Made by a program: the position numbers and the translations under genes
DNA from: Octopus sinensis
Lineage: Eukaryota
DNA: 64,000 nucleotides
Reading direction: 5' to 3'
Assembly: GCF_006345805.1 (NCBI RefSeq)
Contig: NC_043003.1
Location: forward strand, 57,412,001 to 57,476,000
Part shown: positions 1 through 12,439 of the stretch, piece after piece
Layout of the letters: every line of letters begins with the position of its first letter
Position numbering within the stretch: position 1 is the stretch's first letter
The notes under the pieces: generated by a model
What the model was told of the DNA's origin: nothing
What the model saw: the letters and a program-made list of their open reading frames with translations, nothing else
Databases searched by the model: none

Positions 1-500
1 AACGTAGGCGTGTCAACCACATAGTTCCGAGTTCCGTCTTACTTTTGTGAACACAGGGTAAGTATCTTGTACTATAAGACTAGGGCCGACCAAAGCTTTG
101 TGAGGGCATTTGTTAAATGGAAAATGAAAACCCGTCATATATATATGAGACAGGCAGGGCTGTGTAATAAGAGGCTTGCTTCCCAACTACATGGTTCCTG
201 GTTCAATCCCACCGTGTAACACCTCAACCAAGTGTCTTCTACTATAACCTCGGGTCGACCAAAGCTTTGTGAGTGGATTTGGTTCACGGAAACTGAAAGA
301 AGCTCCACATATATATATATTCCGACCACCATTGCCGCTTGAAGTCAGGTGTTGATGTGTTTATGTCACCGTAACTTGGTGGTTCAACAAAAGATACCGA
401 TAAAATAAGTACTACACTTAAAAATAAGTCGTGGGGTCGATTTGTTCAGCTAAAAGCCTTCAAGGCGGTGCTCCAGTATGGCTGCAGTAAATGAATAAAT
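1..500 (+). mobile_element. Composite SINE family A: tRNA/CORE-like head (1-136) and tail (322-500), with a second head nested in reverse (155-305)
   Basis: Head and tail match the more complete copy at 26080-26535 (tttgtgagtggatttggtagacggaaactgaaagaagcccg; ggcggtgctccagcatggccgcagtc). Confidence 0.75.
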
Positions 501-538
501 GAACACACACACACATATTTATATATATATATATACTA

Positions 539-578
<40 letters not shown>

Positions 579-599
579 CACAATATATATATATTATAT

Positions 600-666
<67 letters not shown>

Positions 667-714
667 ATATACCGATCCCAGGAATTATTCTTTGCAAACC
701 TAATACTTATTCTA

Positions 715-910
715 TGGTGGGGTACAAAACCACACCACACACCCACACATATATATACGACGGGCTCCTTCCAGTTTCCGTCTATCAAATCTACTCACAA
801 GGCTTTGATCGGTCCAAGTCTATAGTAGAAGACACTTGCCCAAGTTGCAATGCACTGAGACTGTACCCTGAACCATGTGGTTGGGAAGCAAGCTTCTTAC
901 CCCACCGCAA
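715..910 (-). mobile_element. SINE family A head, partial
   Basis: cagtttccgtctatcaaatctactcacaaggctttg...gaaccatgtggttgggaagcaagcttcttac is the reverse complement of the family A head. Confidence 0.75.
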
Positions 911-956
911 CATACACACACTCACACACACATGTATATATTATGTATGTATATAA

Positions 957-1008
<52 letters not shown>

Positions 1009-1114
1009 GGCTATTTCTTCAACTGCAATAAAAGTCTCCAGACAATGCATACTCAGAAAATAACTCACATAGGTATAAGGGAAAAATAATGAAAGATTAC
1101 ATCCATATACGATA

Positions 1115-1175
1115 CCCGAGGACAGTCTGTTCTGGATTTGTGGTTAAAACGCCACTTTTCCTTCATCAGCTCAGA
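1115..1175 (-). ncRNA. Type I hammerhead ribozyme motif, copy 1 (GAAA reads GAA)
   Basis: Near-identical to 1674-1735 but one A short in the GAAA box (mutation or homopolymer error). Confidence 0.6.
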
Positions 1176-1673
1176 GATTTCTTCTGATTTAGATTTGAAA
1201 ATACTAAGAATCTAACATACCCGTCCGATATCTGTAACATCGGACAAACCATGCCAGACACCCAGTACTAGCGAATCCAAAAATACGAATGAGATCTATT
1301 ATTCTCCCTGTCCACCCACGTGAGTCATAGAGCATTACATTTCTACAGAGGTAAAAACTGCAGTTCAAATTCTTGGAGATTAAAGCATTATATTGTCATC
1401 AAAAAAAGGGGTAGATTACTTAATTGTTAATAAATTCGACCAAGCAGTATTCGGTATGTAAAGACCATTTACGGTATATTTGAAGTATTAATTATAAAAA
1501 TATGGTAAAGTAAAAAAATTCACTTTACTACACACCGAACTTTTCAGAAATAGCAGCCAAAAATTTGGCTATTTCTTCAACTGCAAATAAAAGTCTCCAG
1601 ACAATGCATTACTCAGAAAAAACTCACATAGGTATAAGGGAAAAATAATGAAAGATCACATCCATATACGATA

Positions 1674-1735
1674 CCCGAGGACAGTCTGTTTCTGGATTTG
1701 TGGGTAAAACGCCACTTTTCCTTCATCAGCTCAGA
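1674..1735 (-). ncRNA. Type I hammerhead ribozyme motif, copy 2
   Basis: Minus strand: UCUGAG-CUGAUGA-aGGA..GUGG/CCAC..UCCa-GAAA-CAG a CUG-UC-CUCGGG. Helix I pairs UCUGAG/CUCGGG; GUC cleavage triplet; first helix II position is an A-A mismatch. Confidence 0.75.
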
Positions 1736-2147
1736 GATTTCTTCTGATTTAGATTTGAAAATACTAAGAATCTAACATACCCGTCCGATATCTGTAACAT
1801 CGGACAAACCATGCCAGACACCAGTACTAGCGAATCCAAAAATACGAATGAGATCTATTATTCTCCCTGTCCACCCACATGAGTCATAGAGCATACATTC
1901 TACAGAGGTAAAAACTGCAGTTCAAATTCTTGGAGATTAAAGCATTATATTGTCATCAAAAAAAAAGGGGTAGAATTAATTAATTTTAATAAATTCGACC
2001 AAGCAGTATTCGGTATGTAAAGACCAGTTACGGTATATTTGTTGAAGAAATAGCCAAATTTTTGGCTGCTATTTCTGAAAAGTTCGGTGTGTGGTAAAGT
2101 GAATTTTTTTACTTTACCATATTTTTATAAATTAATACTTCAAATTA

Positions 2148-2480
2148 ATACTTTGCCTTTCATCCTTTCGAGGTCGATAAATTAAGTACCAGTTATGCAC
2201 TGGGGTCGATGTAATCGACTTAATCCTTTGTCTGTCCTTGTTTGTCCCCTCTGTTTAGCCCCTTGTGGGCAATAAAGAAATAAGAAACTTTAGCATGCCG
2301 GGCGAAATGCTTAGTGATATTTCGTCTAACATACGTTCTGGGTTCAAATTCTGCCGAGGTCGACTTTGCCTTTCATCCTTACGGGGTCGATAAATTATTT
2401 ACCAGTTGCGTACTAGGGAAGATCTAATCGACTGGCCTCCTCCCTAAAAATTTCGGGCTTTGTGCTTAGAGTAGAAAAAA
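2148..2480 (+). mobile_element. SINE family B, two stacked copies
   Basis: gaggtcgactttgcctttcatcctttcggggtcgataaattaagtaccag core and B-box-like gggttcaaattc; many copies in the window. Confidence 0.75.
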
Positions 2481-4029
2481 ATATCTTCCGAAGTGTTTAG
2501 AAATACTGGGCCTATCGTTAGAGTTGCTCTTCTCAATTCCTACGTCCCAGACAACAAACTCTAAGAAGCAGAGGTTCAGCAACTTTATTAGGAACTAGCT
2601 GCAACTGCAAAAGTGCGGCCATATTGCTTTTTATCGTTGGTGAGTGGAGATGATATTTGTGGTGGTGGTGGTGGGCGGGCGGCGGTGGTGGTGTTTGTCG
2701 TCGTGGCATTGTGGTGGTGAGTTTTGTTAGTGTTGATATTTTTACAGGTGATTGAAAGGCTGAATGTCAGTTAAAGAATATGCTAGAAAATAAATCGTCT
2801 GCCATTATGCAAAGATACATATATCAATCCATAAATCATTAAGCAAAGCATTTCAGCCATTTTAAACTTAACACCCACACATACATACACACACATACAT
2901 ACCTACATACATACACACATAAATACATACACACATACATTTACACACACATACATACCCACATACACACCCTATTACATATACACACAAATACATACAT
3001 AAATACATACGAGCACACATAAATATAAACGCACACATACGTATATACACACACATACATACACACACAAATACATACATACATACCTAAATACACATAT
3101 GCATATGGATATACATACATAAATACATAAATATACACATACATACGCACATACATACATAAATAATACATATACACATACATACATAAGTACACACACA
3201 CATATATATTCATACACACATACATACGCCCATACATACCTGCATACATAAATACATACATACACACACACATACATTCATTGATACATACATAAATACA
3301 TACATACACAAATACATACATGAATACATACATTCATACATATAAGTGTGTGAGTGTATGTGTAACACGTACAGACGATATACACGCACACTACCACGCG
3401 CATACATAAACAGAATACATAGACAAAGGCACGCACTCACACACATAAGGACATACATAGACAAACATATAAATACACACATAGACACAGACACGGACTC
3501 GCATACGTAAATATGAGTAAACACACACACACGCAGAAATACATACACATGAAAACACACGTACACATACATATATTTATATGAAACCTTTTCTTATCCA
3601 TCATACAAGACAAGGACAGCCGTGTCCAGATTTCACAGCCTTTGACAGTATATATAAATACATTCTATTCGCAAAAATATAATAAATCTGTTGATCTCAG
3701 AATATGTCATTTATCAAAGGAAGCAAGTAGGGTCACGTGGTGCGCTGGCAACCCTTATTCTAAAGTGTTAATTTATTGTCACAGCAGGGCGTGTATGTGT
3801 GACCCTGTATGTTGCAAATACATGTGGATATATTAAAATGTCTCGCTGTCTCTATCAATCATTATATCTCACCTTTGTCTCCCCCTATATATGTATGTAT
3901 ATACGTGTGTATATATATATATGTGTGCGTATGTGTGCGTGTGTGTATGCGTGTGTGCGTGTATGTATGTATATGTATATGTATATACATATGTATATAT
4001 ATATATATGTGTGTATGTGTGTGTTTGTG

Positions 4030-4062
<33 letters not shown>

Positions 4063-4069
4063 AGACATA

Positions 4070-4880
4070 CCGTATATACTCGTGTAAGAGTCGAATTTTT
4101 TATACCATTTTTTTAAGGTCAAATTTATGGGCTCGACTATTACATGGATACTACTTTTGAGGGGCTGAAATTCAAGCTAGAATCTGAAGTACCGCATCAG
4201 CAACAGAAGCTTAACTGATGATGACGATGATGACAATGATGATGATGATGATGATACAAGCCATTAAAATATGAAGTTTCATGAATGTGGGAAATGAAGG
4301 AAGCGACTGTCATCTCGGTTGTTGTAGGGACACTGGGATCATTAACAACTAGGTTTGAGAAATTTGTTGGAGAACTTTGGGTTGACATGAGGTAGGTATA
4401 TGCTCAGAAAACTACGCTATTGTGGACAGCGAGGATTTTGAAATTGGTACTTGGATGTCAAGTATCGTGAACATAGACCCTGTAAAAACCTCTGGAAACA
4501 GGTTTCTGTTCGCTCCTGAAAAAATAACGAGTGCAAATGAAATCGAGATCTGAGAAGTGAAATAAAATATGCTTGCAATATATCCTGTGCATACATTTTT
4601 AGTAATGGTGATGTAACACCCCTCAACACACGCGTAGTGCTCACTATTAAATGGTATTTTATTATAAGCACCGAGCATTTACCTATAGAGGCGGCTACAG
4701 TAAGGTAGCCACAAAACTGTATCAGTGTTATTTCTACGCACAGGATAATACGGTACCTTGACCCACAGATATCGTGAAATAGTTGGGTCGTGTTTTATAC
4801 GGGGTCTATGGAAAATGTTTAATTTTTGGCCAAAAATAAGGAGTTGACTTTTACATGAGATCGACTATTACTCGAGTAAT
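4070..4880. mobile_element. Tc2/Kanga-like (TA-CCGTA) non-autonomous DNA transposon, duplicated at 5479-6288
   Basis: ta|ccgtatatactcgtgtaagagtcga start and tcgactattactcgagta near the end form imperfect TIRs; similar to the elements at 13710 and 14753. Confidence 0.6.
4255..4565 (+). pseudogene. 3' fragment of an R4/Dong-like RLE non-LTR retrotransposon, duplicated at ~5663-5972
   Basis: Manual translation YKPLKYEVS*MWEMKEATVISVVVGTLG...AQKTTLLWTARILKLVL aligns with the C-terminus at 43828-44040 (YKDLLIEIEKMWHLKAVTIPV...VQKIVLTGTSHVLRRAL). Confidence 0.7.
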
Positions 4881-4884
4881 CGCA

Positions 4885-5086
4885 CGTGGACTTTTGGCGA
4901 TTTTTCCTACTTCTTCCTTCTTCCCCTTGGACTTTCCTGTTTTTCCTCTCTCCGAAGAAGAACTATGCTCTAAACGAAAAACAACTACTCTTTTCTTTCT
5001 CCGAGCGTCATTATTGATACTTTGCTTGTTCTACGTCCTCACGTTGTTTGCTTTTTCCATCTTTTTTCTGTTTTTTTTTAATTAAT

Positions 5087-5088
<2 letters not shown>
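4885..5088 (+). mobile_element. Penelope-like 3' end with degenerate minimal hammerhead, duplicated at ~6293-6500
   Basis: Homologous to 9296-9503; ccgaagaagaactatgctctaaacg is a mutated version of ccgacgaagagc..gctcgaaacg; ends in (TA)n. Confidence 0.55.
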
Positions 5089-5126
<38 letters not shown>

Positions 5127-5249
5127 GAGAGAGAGAGAGAGGGAGAGAGAAAGATATATATGTGTGTGTGGGTGTTTATTTATATACACAGACACATATA
5201 TGTATGTATGTTATGTATATATGTATATATATACATATATATATGTATA

Positions 5250-5285
<36 letters not shown>

Positions 5286-5423
5286 ATATACATATATATA
5301 CATATACATATATATACATATACATATATGTATGTATATATGCATATATATACATTATATAAATGTATATATATACATATATACATACGTATATATGTGT
5401 ATAATATATATATGTGTGTATGT

Positions 5424-5474
<51 letters not shown>

Positions 5475-6662
5475 CATACCGTATATACTCGTGTAAGAGT
5501 CGAATTTTTTATACCATTTTTTTAAGGTCAATTTATGGGCTCGACTATTACATGGATACTACTTTTGAGGGGCTGAAATTCAAGCTAGAATCTGAAGTAC
5601 CGCATCAGCAACAGAAGCTTAACTGATGATGACGATGATGACAATGATGATGATGATGATGATACAAGCCATTAAAATATGAAGTTTCATGAATGTGGAA
5701 ATGAAGGAAGCGACTGTCATCTCGGTTGTTGTAGGGACACTGGGATCATTAACAACTAGGTTTGAGAAATTTGTTGGAGAACTTTGGGTGACATGAGGTA
5801 GGTATATGCTCAGAAAACTACGCTATTGTGGACAGCGAGGATTTTGAAATTGGTACTTGGATGTCAAGTATCGTGAACATAGACCCTGTAAAAACCTCTG
5901 GAAACAGGTTTCTGTTCGCTCCTGAAAAAATAACGAGTGCAAATGAAATCGAGATCTGAGAAGTGAAATAAAAATATGCTTGCAATATATCCTGTGCATA
6001 CATTTTTAGTAATGGTGATGTAACACCCCTCAACACACGCGTAGTGCTCACTATTAAATGGTATTTTATTATAAGCACCGAGCATTTACCTATAGAGGCG
6101 GCTACAGTAAGGTAGCCACAAAACTGTATCAGTGTTATTTCTACGCACAGGATAATACGGTACCTTGACCCACAGATATCGTGAAATAGTTGGGTCGTGT
6201 TTTATACGGGGTCTATGGAAAATGTTTAATTTTGGCCAAAATAATAAGAGTTGACTTTTACATGAGATCGACTATTACTCGAGTAATCGCACGTGGACTT
6301 TTGGCGATTTTTCCTACTTCTTTCCTTCTTCCCTTTGGACTTTCCTGTTTTTCCTCTCTCCGAAGAAGAACTATGCTCTAAACGAAAACAAACAACTACT
6401 CTTTTCTTCTCCGAGCGTCATTATTGATACTTTGGCTTGTTCTACGTCCTCACGTTGTTTGCTTTTTCCATCTTTTTTTCTGTTTTTTTTAATTAATTAC
6501 ATATATATATATTATATATATATATATATATACAGAGAGAGAGAGAGAGAGGGAGAGAGAAAGATATATATGTGTGTGTGGGTGTTTATTTATATACACA
6601 GACACATATATGTATGTATGTTATGTATATATGTATATATATACATATATATAGTATATATA

Positions 6663-6694
<32 letters not shown>

Positions 6695-6805
6695 ATATAC
6701 ATATATATACATATACTTATATACATATACATATATGTATTATATATGCATATATATACATTATATAAATGTATATATATACATATATACATACGTATAT
6801 ATGTG

Positions 6806-6844
<39 letters not shown>

Positions 6845-7239
6845 ATCTTCGTCACAAGTCAAATTTAACACGTTCGGATGTACGATTATATATCTGTTTG
6901 CAGATATATCTGCTATATCTGCTATTTTAGTATTTCCGTTAACATACGACTCCAAAGACTATACTGAAAATGAGAATTATGGAAAGCAGAGTCTTTCATA
7001 CGTTGCGATAAGTTACGAGGTGACTCCGTCTTCACCTCCTCTCTCTCTATATGTATCTCCCCCTCTCTCTCTCTTATATATACACACACTCTCTCTTTCC
7101 TCTCTCTCCATCCCCGTCTGTGGAGTTGAGGAAGAAAACACTCTTGCCAGTTCCTTTTTGTTTCATACACTAAATCCGATGTTTTCGAAAATTTCAGCAA
7201 AGATATGGTTGTTCATGTTAAACGCAAAAATCAATGAAG

Positions 7240-7420
7240 ACAGCGGGCCACGGAATCGTTAGCACTCCGTGCGAAATGCTTAGAGGCGTTTTTAGTTCAA
7301 ATTCCACCGAAGTTGACTTTGCCTTTCATCCTTTCGAGGTCGATAAATTAATTCCCAGTTAAACACTGAGGTCGTTGTAATCAACTTACCCCTTTCCTCG
7401 AAATTCTTGATCTCGAGGCA
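7240..7420 (+). mobile_element. SINE family B
   Basis: gaatcgttagcac...gttcaaattccaccgaagttgactttgcctttcatcctttcg. Confidence 0.75.
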
Positions 7421-7958
7421 AAATTTGAAGTCAATAATAAAAAACCATAACCATATTAATTGAAAATTGAAAATGCGGCCATTTTCGACTCGGCATAGTT
7501 TGGAATTACCACGCTTATTTACCTTGACAACATATTGAACCAGCGCGAGGGAATATATTGAAACGAAATATATTAAACAAGGGTGGGAATGCAAGAAACT
7601 GAGGCGTGTCATCAACAGTAGAGGAGAGAATTTGGAAAATCTAGGGTGACCTTGAAAACGAAGAGCGATGCAGTAAGATATTTCCAAATGAATGATATAA
7701 TAGCACGGAATATTTTTTGTTGTCGAAAACAACAAATGAATTATTTTCATTGCTAGTGGTTGCACGAATGCAATTGCAATAACATCAGTTGCAACGAAAT
7801 TGTGAGTGCTGAGAAAGGCTTGAACGTTGCTCTTCTCCACTACCAACTACAGCTTTGTAATATATTACTGGGTGAAAGAACTAACGGCATTTGTTTGTTT
7901 TCATGTCAATTATACATAGAAACAATTCAAGATTAGATTGAATGATTACTCAGTCTTC

Positions 7959-8018
<60 letters not shown>

Positions 8019-8084
8019 TGTATGTATGTATGTATATATATGTATATATATAGATAGACAGACAGCCATATAGATAGATAGATA

Positions 8085-8159
<75 letters not shown>

Positions 8160-8924
8160 TATTTGGTGATGTGTGTGTGAATCCATAACCGGGTATGTGA
8201 GAGCATGAATGTATATATGTAGATATATAATGTGTATAAAGTATTTATATGCACCACCACTCTTATCTATGTGTAAGTAGGCGCAATTTTTTATTCTTTG
8301 TTTATCTATGTATTTGCTTATTGAACAGCATAGCAGGCAAGCTATCGGAAAAATATGAATCATCAACATGACATTATAATCGTTTTAACATTTTTTTTTC
8401 AGAAATATCTAGGGAAATACTATTAACAGCGGTGTACAAATATATAGCCACCTCGATTTGTAAATGATGTGGTGCTAAGGCACGAAGCTCTCGGCCCTTG
8501 AGTCACTCTGTTGGTTCTACTAAATATCAGTGTGTGTGTGTGTATGCGCACTTCACTTATAAAGTTCACACCAGTCATGTGCAAACTGTGTGAGTTTCTG
8601 AATGACACGGTTAGCAACACATTACCTAGAATCTCGCCTGATGATCCATATCTCATGCGGCCTTTCTACAAAAAAAAAGTTACCTGTGGCTTGGTTCCTA
8701 CTCGACGCTGAATGAACTGACCAACTATGAAAAGCATTCCAAACTGCCACCTGCGCCAACAGGATCTTTTTTCACAAACAGTGAATGTAGGACTAGATCA
8801 GTGTTTCCCAGCCTTTTCACAATGGATCCCAACAGTCGCTCCCAACCATTTTATTTAAATGAGTTTTCCCACAGCCCCCTTTTAATATGCTTATCCCTGT
8901 ATGTGTATATATACATACATACAT

Positions 8925-9278
8925 ACACCGTTTTTTGTGCTGTTGGCGTTTCGGCGTTTCAGTCGAGTGTAATAGCATTAATGTGGTAACATTGTAGATT
9001 TTGTCATGGTATATGCTTGGCTGATGAAGATAGAACAAGATTATGGGTGGCAGACATATCTTGTAAAATCTGAAACCTGCAGGTCCCACATTATCCTTTT
9101 CAGGTATTTCATCTTTCAGATGTTCTCCCTGGAGGTAAGACAATTTTTTCTAGTTTGTTGCACACACGCATTTTTGCTAATACATACGCGGTGAAGCTAT
9201 ACATTAGCGTCGTATTATTACGTTCGCTATTTCCAGTAAATATCGGTACTTAGTTGTGCCATATATTTACTACTTTGT
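8925..9278 (+). mobile_element. Short hammerhead-containing element ending in (TA)n
   Basis: Bounded by microsatellites; contains the HHR at 9018-9088 and a gctatttccagt motif shared with other HHR-type elements. Confidence 0.6.
9018..9088 (+). ncRNA. Type I hammerhead ribozyme, intact core
   Basis: UGG-CUGAUGA-AGAU..ACAAGAU/AUCUUGU..AUCU-GAAA-CCUGCAGG-UC-CCA; palindromic helix III; predicted cleavage after C9085. Confidence 0.85.
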
Positions 9279-9295
9279 ATATATATATATATGAC

Positions 9296-9503
9296 CTCGT
9301 GTGTACCGTTGGCGATTTTTTCCTCTGTCTTCCCTTCTCTGGATCTTTCCTTCTCCTACGTTTCCGACGAAGAGCTCTGCTCGAAACGTTAGACCCTCCT
9401 TCTTTCCTTCTTTCCTTCTTTCCTGAGCGTCCAATAATACTATATTTGTTCCACGTCCTCGCGTTGTTGTGTTTTTTTGTGCTTTCTTGTTTGGATTAAC
9501 TTT
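9296..9503 (+). mobile_element. Penelope-like 3' end with minimal hammerhead variant (9360-9394)
   Basis: GUUU-CCGACGA-a-GAGC ucu GCUC-GAAA-CG-UU-AGAC; pyrimidine-rich tail ends in (TA)n; homologues at 4885, 6293, 29900 and 61590. Confidence 0.65.
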
Positions 9504-9537
9504 ATATATATATATATATATTATATATATATATATA

Positions 9538-9570
<33 letters not shown>

Positions 9571-9589
9571 GTGTGTGTGTGTGTGTCTG

Positions 9590-9917
9590 AAGGTGCGTGG
9601 CTTAGTGGTCAAGGCATTCGGCTCACGATCGTATGGTTGTGAGTTCAATCCCCGGTGACGTGCGTTTTGTCCTTGAGTAAAACACTTTTTTTCGTGTTCC
9701 TTCCTCCACTCAACTCAACTGGTAAAATGAGTTGTACCTGTAATTCAAAGGGCCGGTCTTGTCACACTATGTGTCACGCTGAATCTCCTCTGAAAACTAC
9801 GTTAAGGGTACACGTGTCTGTGGAATGCTCAACCATTATCACGTTAATTTCACGAGCAAGCTGTTCCGTTGATCGTATCAGCTGGGACCCTCGTCGTCGT
9901 AACCAACGGAGTGCTCC
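9590..9917 (+). mobile_element. tRNA-derived SINE family D with CORE-like segment
   Basis: A box tggcttagtgg, B box gagttcaatcc, then tgtccttgagtaaaacactt...ctggtaaaatgag; reverse homologue at ~59400-59575. Confidence 0.75.
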
Positions 9918-10008
9918 TATATATACATATATATATATATTTGAAATGAATTTTAAATTTAGTTCACGCTTTGCGGACCACCAGGGGTTGGGAACCACTG
10001 GACTAGAT

Positions 10009-10357
10009 CAAGGGTTCTCAACCGGGGTCTATATGGCTTCTGAGGCTCCATATGCCCTCTGAAGGTCCATGTGGCCTCTAAGGGTCCATATAAGACTTTT
10101 GGGAGTCCACGCAATAAAATAGTAATTGGGAATTCACAACAGTACTTTATGGGCCCCTGAAAAATTAGCTGTAGATGTATGCAAAAATTTGCTGTAGATG
10201 TATCGCAAGAGATAGCTAGATTTATTTCTCTAACATTTTACATAGTTCCACGTACACAAGGCAATGTGAAAAACAGAATAGGAATTTTAAAGGGGGTCCA
10301 CCAGAATAAAATAATAATGAGAGGGCTCCATAGATAAAATATGGTTGAGAACCCCTT
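10009..10357. mobile_element. Second hAT MITE adjacent to the first
   Basis: TIRs caagggttctcaacc / ggttgagaacccct; flanked by gactagat and gactaaat; a related end fragment lies at ~56713-56775. Confidence 0.8.
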
Positions 10358-10677
10358 GACTAAATGAACCTCATTGTCCCTCTTTCTTAAATGACAGTTT
10401 GAAATGATACGAACGAGATTTAACAGCTATTTCCTATAGATCAAACGACCGTGTAATGTTTTACTTTGTTGGTAAATTTTTGAATTTGTATGCAGCCATG
10501 TAAAAGTACTAATGTGAGATAAAAAGAAATAAAATACCATAATTCTTACCGATGATACTGGAAACACAAGTATTTTTTTGGATGACTGAAAACACCTGTC
10601 CTAATACTCGATTATTTTCGAAGTATCGTAAGTACAATTCTTGACCCATGCAGTGAGTTGTATCCGAGAATAAAATA

Positions 10678-11241
10678 TTGGGTTGTCTGGAAAGTTCGTG
10701 CCGATTTATAGCAGCTTACCTTTCCACTTATTTTAGAATATGGTTGAGTCCATAAAATAGGATTTTACTACACCTCTATTTAGAGCACAGTTTAAGCTAT
10801 CTTTTCGTGAAAGAAGTTTATGTTCCTATAACCTGTGTTAATTCTGTAACCCTTTAAAATCGAAGATAAGAAAGTTCATTTTCGGCACTTGATGTTTGGG
10901 AACCAGACAAAACTTGCTGCAGCTCGGCTGGGATGTGTTACCCCAACCTCCAAATTAACCAGATATTGCTCCTTCGGATTTCCACTTATTCAGGTCTCGG
11001 CAGAATAGTCTTAATGGTAAAAATTTCAATTCCTTGGATGAAGTAAATAGAAACCTTGATGGATTCTTTGCCATGAAACCAGATCAATTCTGGGAAGAGG
11101 GTATTTTCAAGTTAAGGGAAAGTGGGAGACGCATTGTGCAACAAAATGGTTCATATTTGGTTGATTAAAAATGTAATAGCAAGTATTTATTGACCTTTTT
11201 CTTTCCTTCAAAAATCGGCACGACCTTTTCGGACAACCCAA
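10678..11241 (+). mobile_element. Internally deleted mariner transposon
   Basis: TIRs ttgggttgtctggaaagttcgtgccgattt / aaatcggcacgaccttttcggacaacccaa with TA TSD. Remnant N-terminus EDKKVHFRHLM is fused to C-terminus LGWDVLPQPPN*PDIAPSDFHLFRS...IVQQNGSYLVD. Confidence 0.9.
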
Positions 11242-11754
11242 TACGTTTTTTCACGTTCTTTTCAGTCTATTCAACTATAAGCTATTACTTACAAGGTGTT
11301 AAGCAGACCATTTCCCTCCAGCTCTCATAACCTGCATACACTGCTGGGTCAAAGGTGAAGGAACCGACAATATGTCTGCATCAGCTCGCAACTCTATAAA
11401 CACCTAAAGCAATTAGCGAAAGCGTAGTACATGTTATCAAGCCATGCTCCCCTACGAGTAACGGCTCGGTTTATTATCTCTTGTCTGGAGGCTGTGTTAC
11501 CAATTACACCGAACTTCGGGTTCTTAAAATATCTTCTAGTTGCTAATTTTTCTTCTAACTTCAATTTACAATGAGGTTCACATAGATATAATGTTACGTA
11601 TTGTTTGTATTAAATGTCTTACGTAACTTTGACGAGAACAAACCGACTCTATTTGGCTTACTTTCCAAATATTTATCTTAAATTTATTCAATATCCAACA
11701 AACATCTAAATGAAAATATGTGATGATGTTCGCTGTGTTGACTTCTCCATCTAG

Positions 11755-11827
<73 letters not shown>

Positions 11828-11878
11828 GATCTATCTATCTATCTATCTATCTGTATGGTCTGTTGTGCTGTCTATCTA

Positions 11879-11909
<31 letters not shown>

Positions 11910-11914
11910 GTCTG

Positions 11915-11971
<57 letters not shown>

Positions 11972-12386
11972 GTATATATATATGCATGTGTGTGTGTGTG
12001 TGTGTATGTATATATATATATATGCATGCATATATGTGCGTATGTATACACACATATATGTATATATATATATATAACACCCACACATACGCACAGACAT
12101 TCTTTTTGTCTTAGAATTGCTACAAGAGGTGCGACTTTCTGTTCTCACATTCTTTATTGCTTTCTTTCTTTCGCTCTCTATTTTTTCCCATTCTCTATTT
12201 ATCTATCTATCTATCCTTCTGTCTGTCTGTCTGTCCGTCTGTCTTTCTTCTGCCTGTTTGTCTGTGTGCCCCCTCTCACTCACTATCACTCAAGCTGTGT
12301 ATATCATTCTTCATATTCATTATTGCTCTTTATTATAGTCTGTTTTTCTCTTTCATCTCTACCCTTTGTTTTGCTTTCACACACAG

Positions 12387-12439
<53 letters not shown>

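Larger units (their letters stand above)
1006..2145 (-). mobile_element. Hammerhead-containing tandem element (retrozyme/Penelope-like, non-autonomous): about 1.85 copies of a ~559-bp unit plus an inverted segment
   Basis: 1007-1480 is repeated at 1566-2040; 2041-2145 is the reverse complement of ~1477-1581; one HHR per unit; abuts (TA)n at ~1005; no ORF. Confidence 0.75.
3990..6845. repeat. Near-identical tandem duplication, period ~1409 bp
   Basis: ccgtatatactcg starts at 4070 and 5479; the copies differ mainly by homopolymer and microsatellite indels. Confidence 0.9.
8799..10000. mobile_element. hAT (Charlie-like) MITE with nested insertions
   Basis: TIRs cagtgtttcccagcc / ggttgggaaccactg; perfect 8-bp TSD gactagat at 8791-8798 and 10001-10008. 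Confidence 0.85.

Noticed and set aside
6904-7019. Possible exon (tttgcag...gag|gtgact; [19 protein letters not shown]...)
   Set aside because: Weak donor site, no recognisable domain and no partner exons; RNA-seq or tblastn would be needed.
7522-7650. Possible minus-strand exon within ORF 7292-7846
   Set aside because: Splice sites are plausible but the protein is unrecognisable, and the ORF runs into a SINE.
9590-9665. tRNA genes in SINE heads (also 26080)
   Set aside because: A and B boxes are present but there is no complete cloverleaf, and the sequence continues into SINE bodies.
11270-11400. Minus-strand peptide HIVGSFTFDPAVYAGYESWREMVCLTPCKVIAY, faintly like a C2-domain end
   Set aside because: Short, bounded by stop codons, with a poor acceptor; probably chance.
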